Below are positions 25,081 through 39,110 of a stretch of DNA of 64,000 nucleotides, in pieces. A program made the translations under genes and the position numbers. Positions within the stretch are counted from its first letter, which is position 1; the number at the start of each line of letters is the position of its first letter. The DNA comes from Octopus sinensis. Its lineage: Eukaryota. The notes under the pieces are model-generated. The model worked only from the letters and a program-made list of their open reading frames with translations, was not told where the DNA came from and searched no databases. The stretch is taken from positions 54,374,001 to 54,438,000 of the forward strand of contig NC_043002.1 in the NCBI RefSeq assembly GCF_006345805.1, given 5' to 3'.

Positions 25081-28000
25081 ACTCTCAGTAACAAGCAAAG
25101 CTGGTGCTGAGCCTGTCAATGTCATGGTCAGATCTATAATTAACTCCCTACAAACCATATTTGTACACCCCTTTGATTAGCAAGCATTTTCAAAGAATAC
25201 TTAGAATTATTAGTGGGACATGAAGCTTTGCAAATACATAGAGGAAAAAAAAATGAATAGTTACTTAGAGGCTTCTATGCTACTGACACATACACAAAAG
25301 GCTATCCAATTAAAAATATTTGAATGCTTTCACTTTAGTATATTCAGGTGAGCTTTCATTTTCAATAACATACAGTTACTTATGTCATCAAAGTTAGACT
25401 TTATGAATTAGCCAACTATAATTGATGGAATTGTAATATACATGGAAAGAGATATAATATGATCAATTATCTATTTTACATCCTTAATCCAGATAAATTA
25501 CTTAACACCATCAGTGATGAATAAATATGAATATTCCTACATAATTCAAATGAAGATATACATAGATGGTGAATTAGCAGAGTCACCAGTTGGTTTTTAT
25601 TTTGGCACCTTGTATTCTGAGTTTTAACCTCACTGAAGCTAACTTAGCCTTCTGCAGTTGATAAAGTAGTGGAGTGGTAGAAATGTTAAAGCATCAAGCA
25701 AGATGTCTTCTATATTTGTTCCAGCTCTTTGCATTCTGAATTCAAATCTTGCTGAGGTCTTAACTGGTAGACCTAATCAGTTGCTCAGCTTAGCACCTTT
25801 ATCTGACTCTCCTGTACCTTCAGTTAAGTCCACTTTGTTGCAAGCATTTGAGCAAGGTCTCCAATTTGAAGATAACTCATCCTCCTTCCCAACAGTTTTG
25901 GAGGTCTTGTAAAGAATCAAGTGAAATAACCTTCCTGAGAAATTAAAAAAATAAATGTTCCTATTATCTTGATATTCATTGAGAAAAAAAAAAAAAAAAG
26001 CCCATTCCGAATTTATGTGAGAAATAATTATTTATCAATAAGATCTAAGCTCCTTTTCAATTTCCTTTCTCTTAAGGAAATTGAAACTTAGAAAAGAGAA
26101 AGGCATTATACAAATAACTCATAACTTTAAAGTCGAAAAACAATCAAAGAACAGGTCATGAAATTGAAACATCCTTTCCCTTCATAGATTACATAATGTA
26201 CTATAAATAAGACAATGTGTTTATGTAGAGGTAGAAATTAGCAATGTCAATTTTTTTAATGTCAATAGTCTAACCTTAACCCATTTTTGCCATGATTTTC
26301 TACGATTGGATTAAAAGATTAATATTTTTCCCTTCAGCGTCAGAACAAAATAATCTATATATAATCCAAGTTATCCATATATTTCTGACAACATTTTTAT
26401 TGGATTACCCTCTTCAATCATTTAACCAATTTCAGTTTATTATTTGTTTTCAGATGATGAGTGAAAACACTAAATAAAAAATGAGGAGAGATAAATATCC
26501 CAAAAGATATTTACATTATGTAGTCAATATAGAATATTTCAGTTAACTAGAAATTGTCACAGAAAAAAAATATTTACATGGTTGTTTCATAACTGACGAT
26601 GTGTAATACTGTCTTGTTTTTTAAACTATAAAGTCATATTTTCAAAATCAATACTTTTACTTATCTCTCTCCTCCTGCAGTGTGGTCAAAAGAACCAGTC
26701 TTAAATTTTTGTAACTAAAAAATTATGTCAATGAGTCATTGTTGTCTCATCAGCTTTGCGAGGAAAGAAAAACAAAAACATTCATGTTTTTGTTAAGCTT
26801 CAGCAATACAGGTCAAATGAAATAACTACAACTAAAAGCTGAAATCTAGTAATTGATTTATCACAAAAATAAAAATAAGAAACACAATTCTCTCATTAGC
26901 AAAAAAACTGAAGTTTACAAAGCTAAATCTGTTTCTCCCTGGTTTAATATCCATTTTCACATTGTAGCATGGGGTGGAAGGGTTTATACAAGGTTATTTC
27001 TCTTTAGCTATGTGCTGTCATAATTGTAGGGGATTAACTAAGAACTAAACAAATATAACATTGTGTAACATGATTTTCAAAACCTAAAGAATTCCTTTCA
27101 ACACATGGCTGTGATGCTCCCTGACTCCTCTTGCTTATGATCAGAGATGCACATATTGTCAACCATAAGAGAGATGCTCAAGTGGTTATGGTCAAACAAC
27201 TGACTAATAAACCTATTGTATTGAGTAGCAGATTTGCTATAACAATAATTCTGCTTCAGTAACTCAGTGCTGAATATGTCTGAAATGTTATGGAAAATAG
27301 GTCAGTTTCAAAACATTGTCTCTCTTTTTGCTGAGTTGGTAACAGTGATAGAGACAATGGTCATGGCTTAGTGGGTGGTCAGCAAGAAAAGCCCATTGAA
27401 AGAAAGTTTTAGAGAGATAGACAGAGAGAGTTGGTGGGAGTGATGATGACAAAACAGAAACAAGTGAATTGAACTGATACTGATCATCATAATAGGTGAT
27501 ACTGAGCAAGTGGTGGTTGGAATACAGAAAATAGTTTACATGGTTACATATATTCAGCGTTTCCATTGACAAATGTTGGGGTTTAAAACTAAGTACAGAC
27601 AAATATAACAAACAACTACTGGAAAACCTCTAGGCAGACATTCATTTAACCATGAAATACTCAAATCTTCCTAAAAGTACACTATATCAATCTAATAACA
27701 AGGCACATTGAATAAATACAACAGTGTGTCAATGCAATATCTCATAGCATATAGTCTAGTTTAACAACCAGTTTTGCAGCCCTCAAGTTTATATAGATAT
27801 ATTAACTTTTCTTAATAGATGTGAAACTTTCACATTCCAGACAGTATTACACCTCACCAATTATAAAACCACCTATGAGCTTCTATCCAAGACTTCTCTC
27901 AATATTACGTGTACCCGAAATAAAATTTTACTACTCAATCTTTGCATCAATTTTCATGCTTGCAATAAAGTCAGATGGAATTCAAAGAGGAAGATTTTCT

Positions 28001-28142
28001 GCAACCAGGTCTTCTTCTGTTGCCAACCCTTATATAATTTGAAGCAATGCAGTATTTCTTGAGGACTAGACATTGATTGTATGGTAGTATTTAGAACTAT
28101 CATACAATGTCAAGACAAGGAGGAATACATACACACATATGT

Positions 28143-28280
28143 GACAGGCTTCTTTCAATTCCTGCCAACAAATTCCACTCACAAAGCTTTGGTTAGTCCA
28201 GGGCTATAGTAAAAGACACTTGCCCAAGGTGCCACACAGGGGGACTGAACATAAAACCACAGGGTTGGGAAGTGAACCCC
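28143..28280 (-). repeat. tRNA-headed SINE
   Basis: aattccactcacaaagctttgg..gaagacacttgcccaaggtgccac-type motif, the reverse complement of the SINE at 43676. Confidence 0.8.
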
Positions 28281-28739
28281 AAACCATGGGATTGCTGGGT
28301 AACATCTAATACCAACATAATCAATACATACCTGAATATGGTTGTTACTTGCCTTTTCATACCTAGAGTTTCTAAAAGTAATGAAGTTTTCAATTTTAAT
28401 CATTTCAGGGTTCTATAATCAAATTGCATTTGACAGTATTTGAAATCCATGTTGCAGCAATTGCATTACTTAGCTGAGATATTTTGCATACCAATGCTTC
28501 ACTGCCTGTACATACCAAAAAATAGCAGTCATATTCCTCTCCACTCTCAATCACACTCAAAAGGCTTAAAAAGGTCAGTAGACGACTTGTTTGGGATACA
28601 CTATTCTAAAGGGGTTAAGGAAGATGAGATGTACCATAGCTTGAACATTTGGTTGAGATTCCATTTAGTGGGCTTGAAATTGGAATCATGTGGTCTGAGC
28701 TAAATAGAAACAACAGAAGTCCACGAGAAATTTCACATT

Positions 28740-31052
28740 GTTTGCATTAAATAAATGCAAAGAGCATTTGAGTGAAGTCATTAGTAACTTCAGGTTAGGA
28801 TTCTAAGAAACAGACCAATCTAGAAAAGAAAGATTTGGAAGCTTAAGGGTCCTCTGAATAGTCAAAGATTTAGAGATATCCTAATTGAAGCATGTGATGA
28901 ATAGAAGGAAGATTTACAGACGTGTAACAAAGGACAAATGGAAGTTCCTATGGGATAACTTACTGAGGGCTACAGACCAAATTTGTGGTTGGTGCAAAAC
29001 TCCAACCAGACCAAAGGTGAGTGATGGTGGAACAGAATAGTAGAGAGGGCTATTAGAGTGAAAAAACAGGACTGGAAGAGTGGTGGTAGCTATGAAATAT
29101 ATCAGTAGTGAGAACAGAAACTAGGAGAGGTATATTTAGCCAGGAGAGAAGCAGAAAGGAAGAAGTTTGCTGATGTTCTACAGCATGAGGACTAGGGGAT
29201 TGAGGTGTTTTGGCTTGCAAGGCAGTACGTTAGAGAAAATCATCATGATGTAGGAGAGAAGTGTGTTCACAAGGACAGTTCACTTAAAGAAAGAGGTGAG
29301 AAGCGCCACTATCAAAGGCTACTAAATGTAGAAAATGCATGGGAGAAAGAGAGTGTCTACTGTGAATCCGACAGAGGGATCAGCTATCTGAATCAGCAGT
29401 AGCTTGGTAGATAAAGCAGTTAAGGATATGAAGACAGGGAAAGTACTTGGTCCATTAGGAATCACCACCGAAATGCTTAGAAATATCTGGTGGAGTGGAA
29501 TATGGCCTTGATACCAGTATAGTTAATCAGGTTGTCTATGAGGGAATCATACCCGATGACTGCTGTAGCATTATAGTCAACTGCTATAAAGGTAAAGGTA
29601 ACGCCTTAGATAGAAATAATTGCAGAGGTATCAAATTACTGGACCAGGTGATGAAAGTTAGGGTCATAGCTTTTGTGTCACAGATGTAAAAGTACAATAA
29701 ACATTAAGAATGTACAGAAAATAGACTTCTATGAATGTCTGGGGAGACCCTTAGAAGTAGATAGCTTCCTAGGCAACCAAGTTAGTAGTGGAGAAGGATG
29801 CAATGAAAGTGTAGTTGCCAGAAAAAGAACAAGTTCAGAGAGTCACTAACTTTGTCCATAACAAAAGTGCTCTCCCTCAGAGTGAAAGACAGATTGTATG
29901 ATGCTGTGAACAAACAATTATGCTACATGGTGGTGAAACATGGGCTGCGACTACAGAGGACATGTGAAAGCTTGAAGAGAACAAATCAAGCATGCTCTGC
30001 TGGATGGATAATGTCAGTGTGGTATACAACTGAATGCAAATGATTTAAGAGAAAAATTGGATAGAAGAGGCATTAGATGTAGTGTACAAGAGAGAGGCCT
30101 GCACTGGTATTGTCATGTGATGCTTATAGATGAAGACTGCAGCATAAAGAAATGCTGATCTCAAATTGTGGAAGGAACCTGTGGAAGGAGTAGGCCCAGG
30201 AAGATGTGGGATGGAGTGGGGAGAAATGATTTCAGATGTTGAGCTTCAGAGTAGATGACAAGGGACCAAGACAACTGGCAATTTGTTGTGCTTGAGAAGA
30301 CATGTCAAGCCAAGTAAAATCAGCCATCCATACAAGCATGTCATTTATGGCCATGCTCCCCACTCACATACGCAAGCTGTCCTTTGCCAAAAATACCCCC
30401 ATAACTCATCTTATTAACAGCTTCCATCTCACTACTCATGATCCCCACTGCAGGCCCCTCCACTCACCTTCTGCATACACTATGCTTTAATACATCTACC
30501 ATACCTCCCTCCCAGCTACTCCATTTTCTCTCACCATCACTTACTAGTCAGGTCTTTCCCATCTCTAAACACTTCCCCTCACTCTTATGGAACATCCTTC
30601 TCTATCCCCTCTGTACTACACTAATGCGCTTCCCCACTAATCCCTGTTGATAGACCCTAATCTCCAACACCTATCTCTCTCTCACTTCTCCCCATTTTCT
30701 CCTCTATCCTACTGAGGTAGCCAAGTAGCTCCTCTATAGTAAGTCAATGATCTCTGTCCCCCCGTTATACTCTAACTACTCACCTGGCTCACATCCACTT
30801 CCTTTGGTTCCAATCACTCACTCCGATGAGAGGTCTCTGTCTTGCAAGCTATTTGACAACCCTGCTTGTGTTGAAGCCATGTAAAAAGCACCCAGTACAT
30901 TTTGTAAAGTGGTTGGCATTAGGAAGGACACCCAGCCAAAGAAACTATGCCAAAACAGACAAATGCAGCCTGGTTTAGTTCTCTGGCTTGTCAGCTCCAG
31001 TCAAATCATTCAACCCATACCACTTTGGAAAACAAACATTAAATGATGATAA
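28740..31052 (+). mobile_element. Degenerate RTE LINE with internal deletion of the RT core
   Basis: HYQRLLNVENAWEKE, IVNCYKGKGNALDRNNCRGIKLLDQVMKV, then a jump to post-RT sequence (GNQVSSG, LSLRVKDRLYDA, GTCGRSRPRKMWD). A CT-rich 3'UTR and a tail ending ttaaatgatgat follow. Confidence 0.9.
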
Positions 31053-31918
31053 TATGCAATTAAATTTCTTTCATATTTACCAAGTAATCTAAAAACTACA
31101 CAAATCAATCAATAAACAAGTTAAAATTCATCATAGATGTAATCCAGTGTGAATAGGTCAGAAACAATTCACAAGAAATAGAAATGAAAATAAGTCTAAT
31201 ATAAATGCATTTGCTATATAGAAAATGAAAATTATCCCCGATTTGAGCACAGCCCTTTTTCAAGAGAAAATAGAGAAGAAAAAATCCATCTGTTACACTA
31301 GAGTCAAAAGTTTACATCATATCCAAGCTGGTAGGATTTGGATGGGTCATTACAACCCAAGTCAGAGCTTATTTGAAGTTATTGGCTTCCTGGGAAGGGG
31401 TGGGGGTTAAAGACCAGGTCTCACTCACATGCTACATTATTTGTAAAGGTTTCTATAGCTGGATGATCTTCCTAGAGGATGTACAGGGTGCATTTTATTG
31501 TGGTATCAATACATGGGATTTTCTGGTCTTTAGTCTTGCCAGCACTGTGGCAATCTTCTTAGTCTTGAAATCCTCTCGCCTATGTTGTCTCTATTTGTTA
31601 GTTCATCACTAAAGAGTGTGTGTGTGTCACACTTAGCAAGACTAAGAAATATCTCTACCATATGTTGCTTATATTTGTTTGCTCTTTATTTGAGAGAGAG
31701 AGAGAGAGAGAGAGAGGAAGCAATGGCAGAGTTACCAAAGAGATTGAGCATGATAAATATGAAACATTTTAGTTTGCTGTGCTTGACTTTTATGCTAAGG
31801 TGTTGTGATGGTGACAGATGACTTTCATAATCTGGTTCATCAACTTGATGCCTCTGTGCTTCACTCTAACTAGAATATCTTTTTTTTTTCTTGTAGCAAT
31901 TAATATTACTACACCAGA

Positions 31919-32110
31919 AGGTGGTGAGCTGGACAAAATACAGGTATTTCATTTGCCTTTATGTTTTGAGATCAAATTCTGTCAAGATTGACTTTGCTTT
32001 TCATCCTTTCAGGATCAATCAAATATCAGTTGAGCACTGAGGTCAATGTAACTGACTAGCCCCTGCCCCCGAAATTGATGGCCTTGTGCCAAAATTTGAA
32101 ACCAATATTA
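31919..32110 (+). repeat. tRNA-headed SINE
   Basis: ggtggtgagctgg..gattgactttgcttttcatcctttcagg..aaatttgaaaccaatatt. Confidence 0.75.
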
Positions 32111-32229
32111 CTACACCAGTATTGGGTATGGCATCCTGACTAGTGAGTAACCTACTTTGATAGATATTTTCAGTATCTCAGCAACCATGTTTGGTGGTTG
32201 TGTTGCTTGCCTTCCTTGCCTTCATATTC

Positions 32230-33170
32230 TTAATTGCACTTTCAACCATACAGTTGTCAACTCCACAGGCTGATCACTTGAGACTACTGAAAGTAGGATC
32301 TAAACTGTCATAGCAGCCAATCTGAGTCTCTTTCTTTTTAGAGTCAGTGAAGTCAAGTCATGATATTCCAGATTCATTTCTTCCCAACAACACTTCAAAC
32401 TTCTCTGGAACACTGCTCTATAATCCAGAACAATGATAAACCTTTCACTTGGCTTCTTGCTTTGATAAGTACAGCCAACATCTATCTTCCCATCTAGCTG
32501 TTTGATACTGCACAAATCTTTTCAATCTTTACAGGCCTAAACTCATATTTATCTACAAATAGTATTCTACCACTATATCAACTTTCATCAGGTTTGTACC
32601 CTACACTATTTACAGATCTTGCTTGTTGCTTGCACTAAGATATTTTCAATAAAAATTTATTTTTGTTTCCTATGTAATAAGTGTCTTCTCCACCCCATCA
32701 TATGTGTCAACTTCAAGCAGTTCTTTTCTGAACCCATATTGAGCTGAGGTCTTCCAGCTTCCATATCTTTTTTCTTTCAACTGATTGTCTTGTGTCTGTG
32801 AGACACATCTAGCTCTCACCATAACGTTATTGATCACAAGTCTAAGTTGAGTGGTACATTCTCTCGAAGAGTGTTACTTAGTGTTCATAACTAGTTGCTG
32901 TCCTCCATTTCTTGGTGTGTTTATGTGACTGATAGGTGATCAGATGGATGGTCATTTTCCAGAGGTTAGTAATACAAATGATTAGTTCATTTATATCATT
33001 GATCCCCAGGTGCCCTGCACCCTTATTCCTCTTGCCCTATCCATAACCTCTATGTATGCTGAAGAAACCATCATGGTGTTGTTTAACATGCCTATTAAAG
33101 TTACTAGTTATAACTAGACCACTATTCTTCATTGTCAAAATAGTTTTCAGAAGGATATTAAAGTCCTGCT
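32230..33170 (-). mobile_element. RTE LINE endonuclease-domain remnant
   Basis: Minus strand reads LVITSNFNRHVKQHHDGFFSIHRGYG..IHLITYQS, corresponding to the APE GDFNGHVG..GG.G.G..LITY motifs, with many lesions. Confidence 0.75.
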
Positions 33171-33319
33171 CATTTACCAAACTAATTGTAGAGTATCAGT
33201 AGAGAAATGTTGCTGGAGAAAAAGAAACTAGAGGAAAGATAAGCAATTCTTGAGTTCAAGAATCCAAGATGCCAAGTAAAAGGGAGTTATAGTGCTGGAG
33301 GAAACAAAGCAAAATTCAG

Positions 33320-33750
33320 CATTTTAACTCCCACTTTGTCATGTTTGCATGGATCAGACAGAGTTCACAGATTTTCTATGGCCTGATGCCTTTCCTGTTG
33401 CCAACTCTTACCTGTTTTGAAGCAATGTAATATTTCTTCAAGGACAGAAATGCTCTCACAGAATATTGGGAAATGACACTGCTTGTATGACAGTAACAGT
33501 CAATTTACAACTATCATGCAATGTCAAGATGAGGAGAGACAAACGTATATATACACACACACACACACAAATGTATATATACTTATGACAAGCTTCTTTC
33601 AATTTCTGTCCACCAAATCCACTTACAAAGCTTTGGATGGACCAGGGTTACAGTAGAAGACACTTGCCAAGGTGCCACTCAGGGAACTGAACTTAGAACC
33701 ACATGGTTGGGAAGTAAACTTCTTATCACACAGCCACACCCGCATCTATG
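33320..33750 (-). repeat. SINE cluster with (CA)n
   Basis: Tail motif at 33320-33530 and a head-containing copy at 33590-33745 (gaagacacttgccaaggtgccac..cacacagccacacccgc). Confidence 0.75.
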
Positions 33751-34283
33751 TAAACATTATTAGAGTTAATATTTGTTATAATATTTTTAATACAAGTGGT
33801 CAGCAATTTGGTAGGTTGACATAAAACAGCATCAAGTTTTGACATTAAAAATGAAAGAATGGTGGGGATACATACATACAACAACAAACAATTTGTTTAT
33901 TGCTTTACACCAACTATTCTCCTCTCTTCTTTCCACAAGTATTTGCCTCATCATTTGCACACCACAAACTTCTAACCATTTATTTCTTAAAACTCCAAAA
34001 CCCAACAACCCTAGCTGTGCCATAAAATTTCTCAATACCATGACCAACTTTTGTCCTCTTTGGTAACAATCTTATACATCCATGATAAAAACCATGATTT
34101 TGCCTCAGCAGCTCTCACCCACCAGTTCCATTTTACATCATCATCACTTAATGTTCATTTTCCATGCTGGCATGGATTACACAGTTTGACAGGGGCTGAC
34201 TGTACCATGCTACACTATACTTCTCTGCTTCAAACTTGTCATTACTTATAATTGCTTCTCCAGTGAATTGAATAAGCTATTGG

Positions 34284-34515
34284 TATGAGGACGGGTCACA
34301 AAAACACTGACATATTTGGTCATCTAGAAAACTAGATATTCATCAGGTTCACTGGTCCCACCCACTCTAGAACTAAATAAAATGTTATACCGACAGCACT
34401 GGTGTCACATCTCATACTTGTGAGCAACTCAATTGTCTTCCCTCACTAATTCTTTAACACCTGCTTTGGATTTCCATTCCACCATCTCTGACATTTCGAC
34501 AAAATTTTTTAGATA
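34284..34515 (-). mobile_element. Probable mariner 3' end fragment
   Basis: tatgaggacgggtcacaaaaac resembles a mariner TIR after TA. The minus strand has a decayed EG.R.L.HKYEMC-like C-terminal motif. Confidence 0.5.
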
Positions 34516-34714
34516 TGTTTCACTTGCACACACATCACTTCTATGATCCATTTACAAACTTATTCCCAACCATCTTAATTTCTTTGTCCTACCTCACTAA
34601 TTCAACTATTTGTGTGAGAGAGAGAGAGAGAGAGAGATGCAGCTATAAGAACAAAAATTGCTGCTGTAAGTCACTGGTTTGTTCCACATCTGTATATAAA
34701 GACAAGATACTGAC

Positions 34715-34922
34715 CTTTTAATGCAATAACTTTACTTGCTGGGTTCATGATGGCAGAGTCAGCGGAGATAGGCCGGCGAATTGGGTTGGTGGCATCATTT
34801 AAATCAATAATGACAACCTGAGCAGTTTCTCCAACCTTTTCTCTTATACATATGTATTTATCTGATTCCATAGTAAGGGTACTAAACCCAATATTGGAGG
34901 CATTAATGCCAACATTTTGGAG
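34715..34922 (-). CDS. CLTC: Clathrin heavy chain coding exon 2 ([69 protein letters not shown])
   Basis: Contained in ORF 34671..34964. Acceptor ttcctttgtttcag|CTC, donor AAAG|gtcagt. Length is 208 nt, the same as vertebrate CLTC exon 2 as I recall it. Confidence 0.98.
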
Positions 34923-35450
34923 CTGAAACAAAGGAAAAAAAATAATAATGACATGGAAAAACAAAAAGATGAAATAGTATCAAAACATTTCTGAAAGCAA
35001 TTCCCTTTATAGGGGAGTTTCTATATTGTTGCTCAATTTGCCAGAGAGAGTAGCTAAATCTCCCTTAAATCATGTCTTATCAATCTTAGGAAGGGGCATA
35101 TTAGATAGAATGGTCTTGGGTACACTGCACTTAATAATAATAATAATAAAAGGATGGTCATCATTGGAATGATTGACCAATAATCAAATTGATCAGAGTT
35201 GACTGTACACAAAGTAATTTGATTTATAATCATTAATTTTAAATCAAAGTACATTTTCTCTAAATTCTTACATCTTTTATTGCATAGTCTATCAAACACA
35301 ATTAGATTATTTTAGAATGAAGTTTGAAAATTGAAAATAATTTAATTTCATTTGACAAACTGCTTAACACCAGCCTTCACTAATCCAAACATCTGTGAAG
35401 TTTCCCTCTTTATCAATGAGAAAACAAAATATGAAATTTGCATACATATA

Positions 35451-36499
35451 CTGTAAAAACCCGTGTAAGTGACACACCTGTGTAATTTACACAGGTCATT
35501 TTCAGGATAAAATTTGTTAAAAAAAGCTTCTACTCATGTAAAATTTGCACCTAAAAGTTTTCAGAATTGTCAATTATAGCCAGGGGAAAAAAAAATTTTC
35601 AATTTAGTTGTGTTTAGCATAATTTCACTTCTGATTAGATTTTATTAAATTTTCATTAAATAAAAATAATTTCTGTTTAACAAGTATCACATTGAAAGTT
35701 ATTAAATTACAAAGTGTTTGTGTTGTTTATAACTTTATTTTACATTTCTTGCCCACAAGAGATTATGCCCAATCTTTAGTATACTACTGTATGTCTTCTC
35801 AAATCATGATCACAGGAAAAGTTGTTGAGAATTACCAACAAAAACAAAGCTGATAAATACATGCAGGTGTTGCAAATTAAGTTTAATTACCAATAAACAT
35901 CAGCTTGGATGACACTTTTCTGAACTGACAGAGGAAGGTGACCGATCAAGCTGATTATGTAAACAGAATTCTTTTCCGCCTATTCTTGTTGGAACCTTTG
36001 ATATGAAATTTTAATCCTTTTCACACTTATAAAATGTCAAGCAAACTTAAAATTTGTCATTACCATTATTGCCAGTATGGGCAGAACTTATGAATCATTT
36101 ACTGCGAAGGAGGAATTAAATGTGTGCTCCATTGCGATAGGTGGAAACGCCAAGCAATGTAAAATATAGCTGGGACTGTGTTTGCTAGCATGAACGTTAG
36201 ACTTCAAAAACTAGTTGATGGTTTTAGTAAATTTATACAGAAAAAGTAAACATTATACTGGCCAGCATAAATAAAAGTCAACTTCATTATGTGTATTTAA
36301 GCCATTATTTTTTCTGTAAAAACCTTTTCTGGCATTAAATGAGTCAACTTCCAGTACAAATGTTTATGTTTTGTCCATCTTTTCTCAACAAAATTTTTTA
36401 AAAATTCTAGAAACGATCTACTCATGTAATTTATGCACCCACTAAAGTTTATTTTTATTTTTGCGAAAAAAAGTGCATAAATTACATGGGTTTTTACAG
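35451..36499 (+). mobile_element. Non-autonomous pogo/Tc2-like element (1049 bp)
   Basis: TA on both flanks. TIR CTGTAAAAACCC(G/A)TGTAA matches 17/18. There are subterminal repeats and a remnant MGRTYESFTAKEELNV..IGGNAK at about 36078 resembling a pogo N-terminal DNA-binding domain. Confidence 0.8.
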
Positions 36500-38439
36500 T
36501 ATTTTTTTGTTGGCTATGATGCCAGACAAGTTTAAAATATTTAAGAATCCATCTTAATTGGAAACCTGTCAATTTATCAGCTCTCTATTCAATCCTCACA
36601 GTATACCCACCTCTCATGAGAAACACTGTTTGAAAGGGTGATGGCTCAAATGCTCAGAAATAATACTCGAATTAACAACACAATATCAAATTATATTACA
36701 TAATGTTGCCTCAGAGATACAAGTCAACAGGAGCAAAACTTTGATTTCTCAAGGATCAGCTTGACAAACCATATCAATTAAGGTAGTTCCTCTATCAAAT
36801 CATTTTACTTTCAAAGTGTTTCCTTGCAATACTATTTTTAAGCTACATGCTAAACATTAATTAGTCATTGCAGAATCCTCTAAATGGTTGCACAAAGTGC
36901 TAGAAATAGGAACAATCTCCAAACTACATTTCATTGTCTTAAAAAACAAAACAAAACAATAACATAAAAAAGAGAGAATACATTTATAATGTAGCTCCGC
37001 ATATGTAGAAATATGCAATGATCAAGGCTGTAAATTTCTGATCATAGGTCTGTTCAAACAGGGCTGACTTAGGGTTGAATATCAGCATTAATCAACATAA
37101 TTGATATTCAGATCAAATGTTATCAAAGCTAAAATTAAATGCCTACCATATTGTGTCTAATGAACAGCTTCAGGTGGAACTAATAATGCTATAGCACTGA
37201 TAAGAATCCACATGTTTAGCTACTTTCCTGACAGAGAAGTTAATTAGAAAAACAAAAACTAACAGCTGTTCTACATGTAAATTAAAAAAAAAAAATATGG
37301 ACAAAAGATTTTGTTCTTTGATAGAACCAGGAATTATATATTTCCTCACCAAAATAAACTTGATTAAAATTGGTTGAGTATAAAAAAGAATGTATGGTTA
37401 AACAACAGGAAAATAAAAAAAAAAGAATTGCTGAAACAGCTATATCTTTTTTATTTATTTATTTTTGCAGCAGTTTCCAGCCAAATTATTCTTGCAGCTT
37501 AGTTAAAAACCAAGGTAAATAAATTATTATTTTGTAATTTCTGGAAAATTGTGAAGTACAACCAATATTGCTGACTAATAATGTAGAGGGCTGAGAGAGT
37601 CTCTACATAGCAATTTAATCTGTTAGAATTAATAACCTAATCTTTCAAATAACATCTTTTAAAGAGTTAAAAAAAAAAAAGAAAAAAAGGAGGTTATTGC
37701 AGATTGGGTACATTTTACTTGAAAGAAAAAGGGATGGTTACAGTTGAAATGAATTTTGATCATAGATCTGCTTCAAAGATTAATGACCATTTGCAAAGTC
37801 ATTCCATAAAAACTGACATTTCAAGAACAAAAGCAATTCAAATTATTACCACCCAATAACTTTTTAGGTGCCTTTATGCAGCTTGTTTGGATCTAATGCA
37901 ATGATAGTTGTCCATATGTGATTCTACATACTTTAAAAAAAATTCAGGGTAAAAATGTAATTTTAAACTAGCAAATCATTTTTATTATTTATCAATATAG
38001 ATAGAGATTGGATATATTTACAATACAGTATTTCACCATGCATTACATGCTTACATTTTATCTGTGAGGTTACCAAATGTTTTCTGATCTCACCTCAAGC
38101 TACATCCACGACTATTTTTTTTTTTTGTATAGGATCGTATTAATGCAACTGTCTCTTTTGTTTATATCAACCAAACCTAATGTCAAGTCCACTATATAAG
38201 TTACTGCACATACAAGAAACCATATTCCTCTCAAACAGCTGCAGATTCACTATTCATATTATGATATTCAACATCACACACATCTTAGAAATGTCTCTTA
38301 AAAGGAAACTGCCCCCAGCCTACTAAATGTTTGTTTACATGATTAGCAATTTATTAAAATGCAGTCCTCACTAAAATCATTTGGCTATTTTTACCTCCAG
38401 CACAAACTAATACAAAATTTAACAATTTAGTAACTTCCA

Positions 38440-38770
38440 CCAGGCCAACCAAGCAATACAAGGCTTAGAATTTATAGATACTTCTGCTGTAAGCTACTAC
38501 AATACTTATAAAATTCTGGCTCAAAATTGCTCAAAATTTGTGCAGGCATCTATTATTTGCACCAACTCAATACTGAATCCTTGCCTTTCTTGCATACTCA
38601 TTAAGACAATTTGCTTGAAGCCTTTATGGGCCTGAGGTTATCTAGTACTTTTGTAATTTGGTCAAGCTTTCTAATAGACAATCTCAGGTGTACTTTTTCA
38701 AATTCCAAGAACTCACTGATTCTATAATGCAATCCATGTCATCAGTAGATAAAAGTTGTAATGGGTGAAG
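38440..38770 (-). mobile_element. RTE RT fragment
   Basis: Minus strand LLSTDDMDCIIESVS..RPIKASSK..VCKKG, a decayed LLYADD motif and following Cys motif. Confidence 0.6.
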
Positions 38771-38777
38771 GGAGCTT

Positions 38778-39110
38778 ATCATCATTTAACACCCACCTTC
38801 CATGCTGGCATAGGTTTGATAGGAGTTGACCAGACAGAAGACTGCATTAGACTTCTGTTTTGGCATGGCCTTTTTATGGCTGGATGCCCTTCCTAACACT
38901 AACCACCCAGCAGAGTGGACTGAGTGCTTTTCACATGGCACAAGCACAAATAAGGTCAGTTTTGGCATGGTTTTTACAACTAGATACCCTGCCAAACACC
39001 AAACACTTTACAGTGTGGACTGGATGCTTTTTACACTGCACCAGCACTGGCAGGGTCATCAAGTAACTAGCAAGACAAAGATCTGTTAAGAGGGGAGGGG
39101 GCACTGGTGG
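38778..39110 (-). repeat. SINE/RTE tail with internal tandem duplication
   Basis: The module ttttggcatgg..ggatgcccttcctaacac..gtggactg..tgctttt occurs twice (about 38858-38940 and 38960-39040). Confidence 0.8.

Noticed and set aside
25840-27290. Two patches (25840-25950, 27060-27290) that look like a dispersed transposon-derived repeat
   Set aside because: I found no TIR, TSD or translatable motif to verify them, so they are left unclassified.
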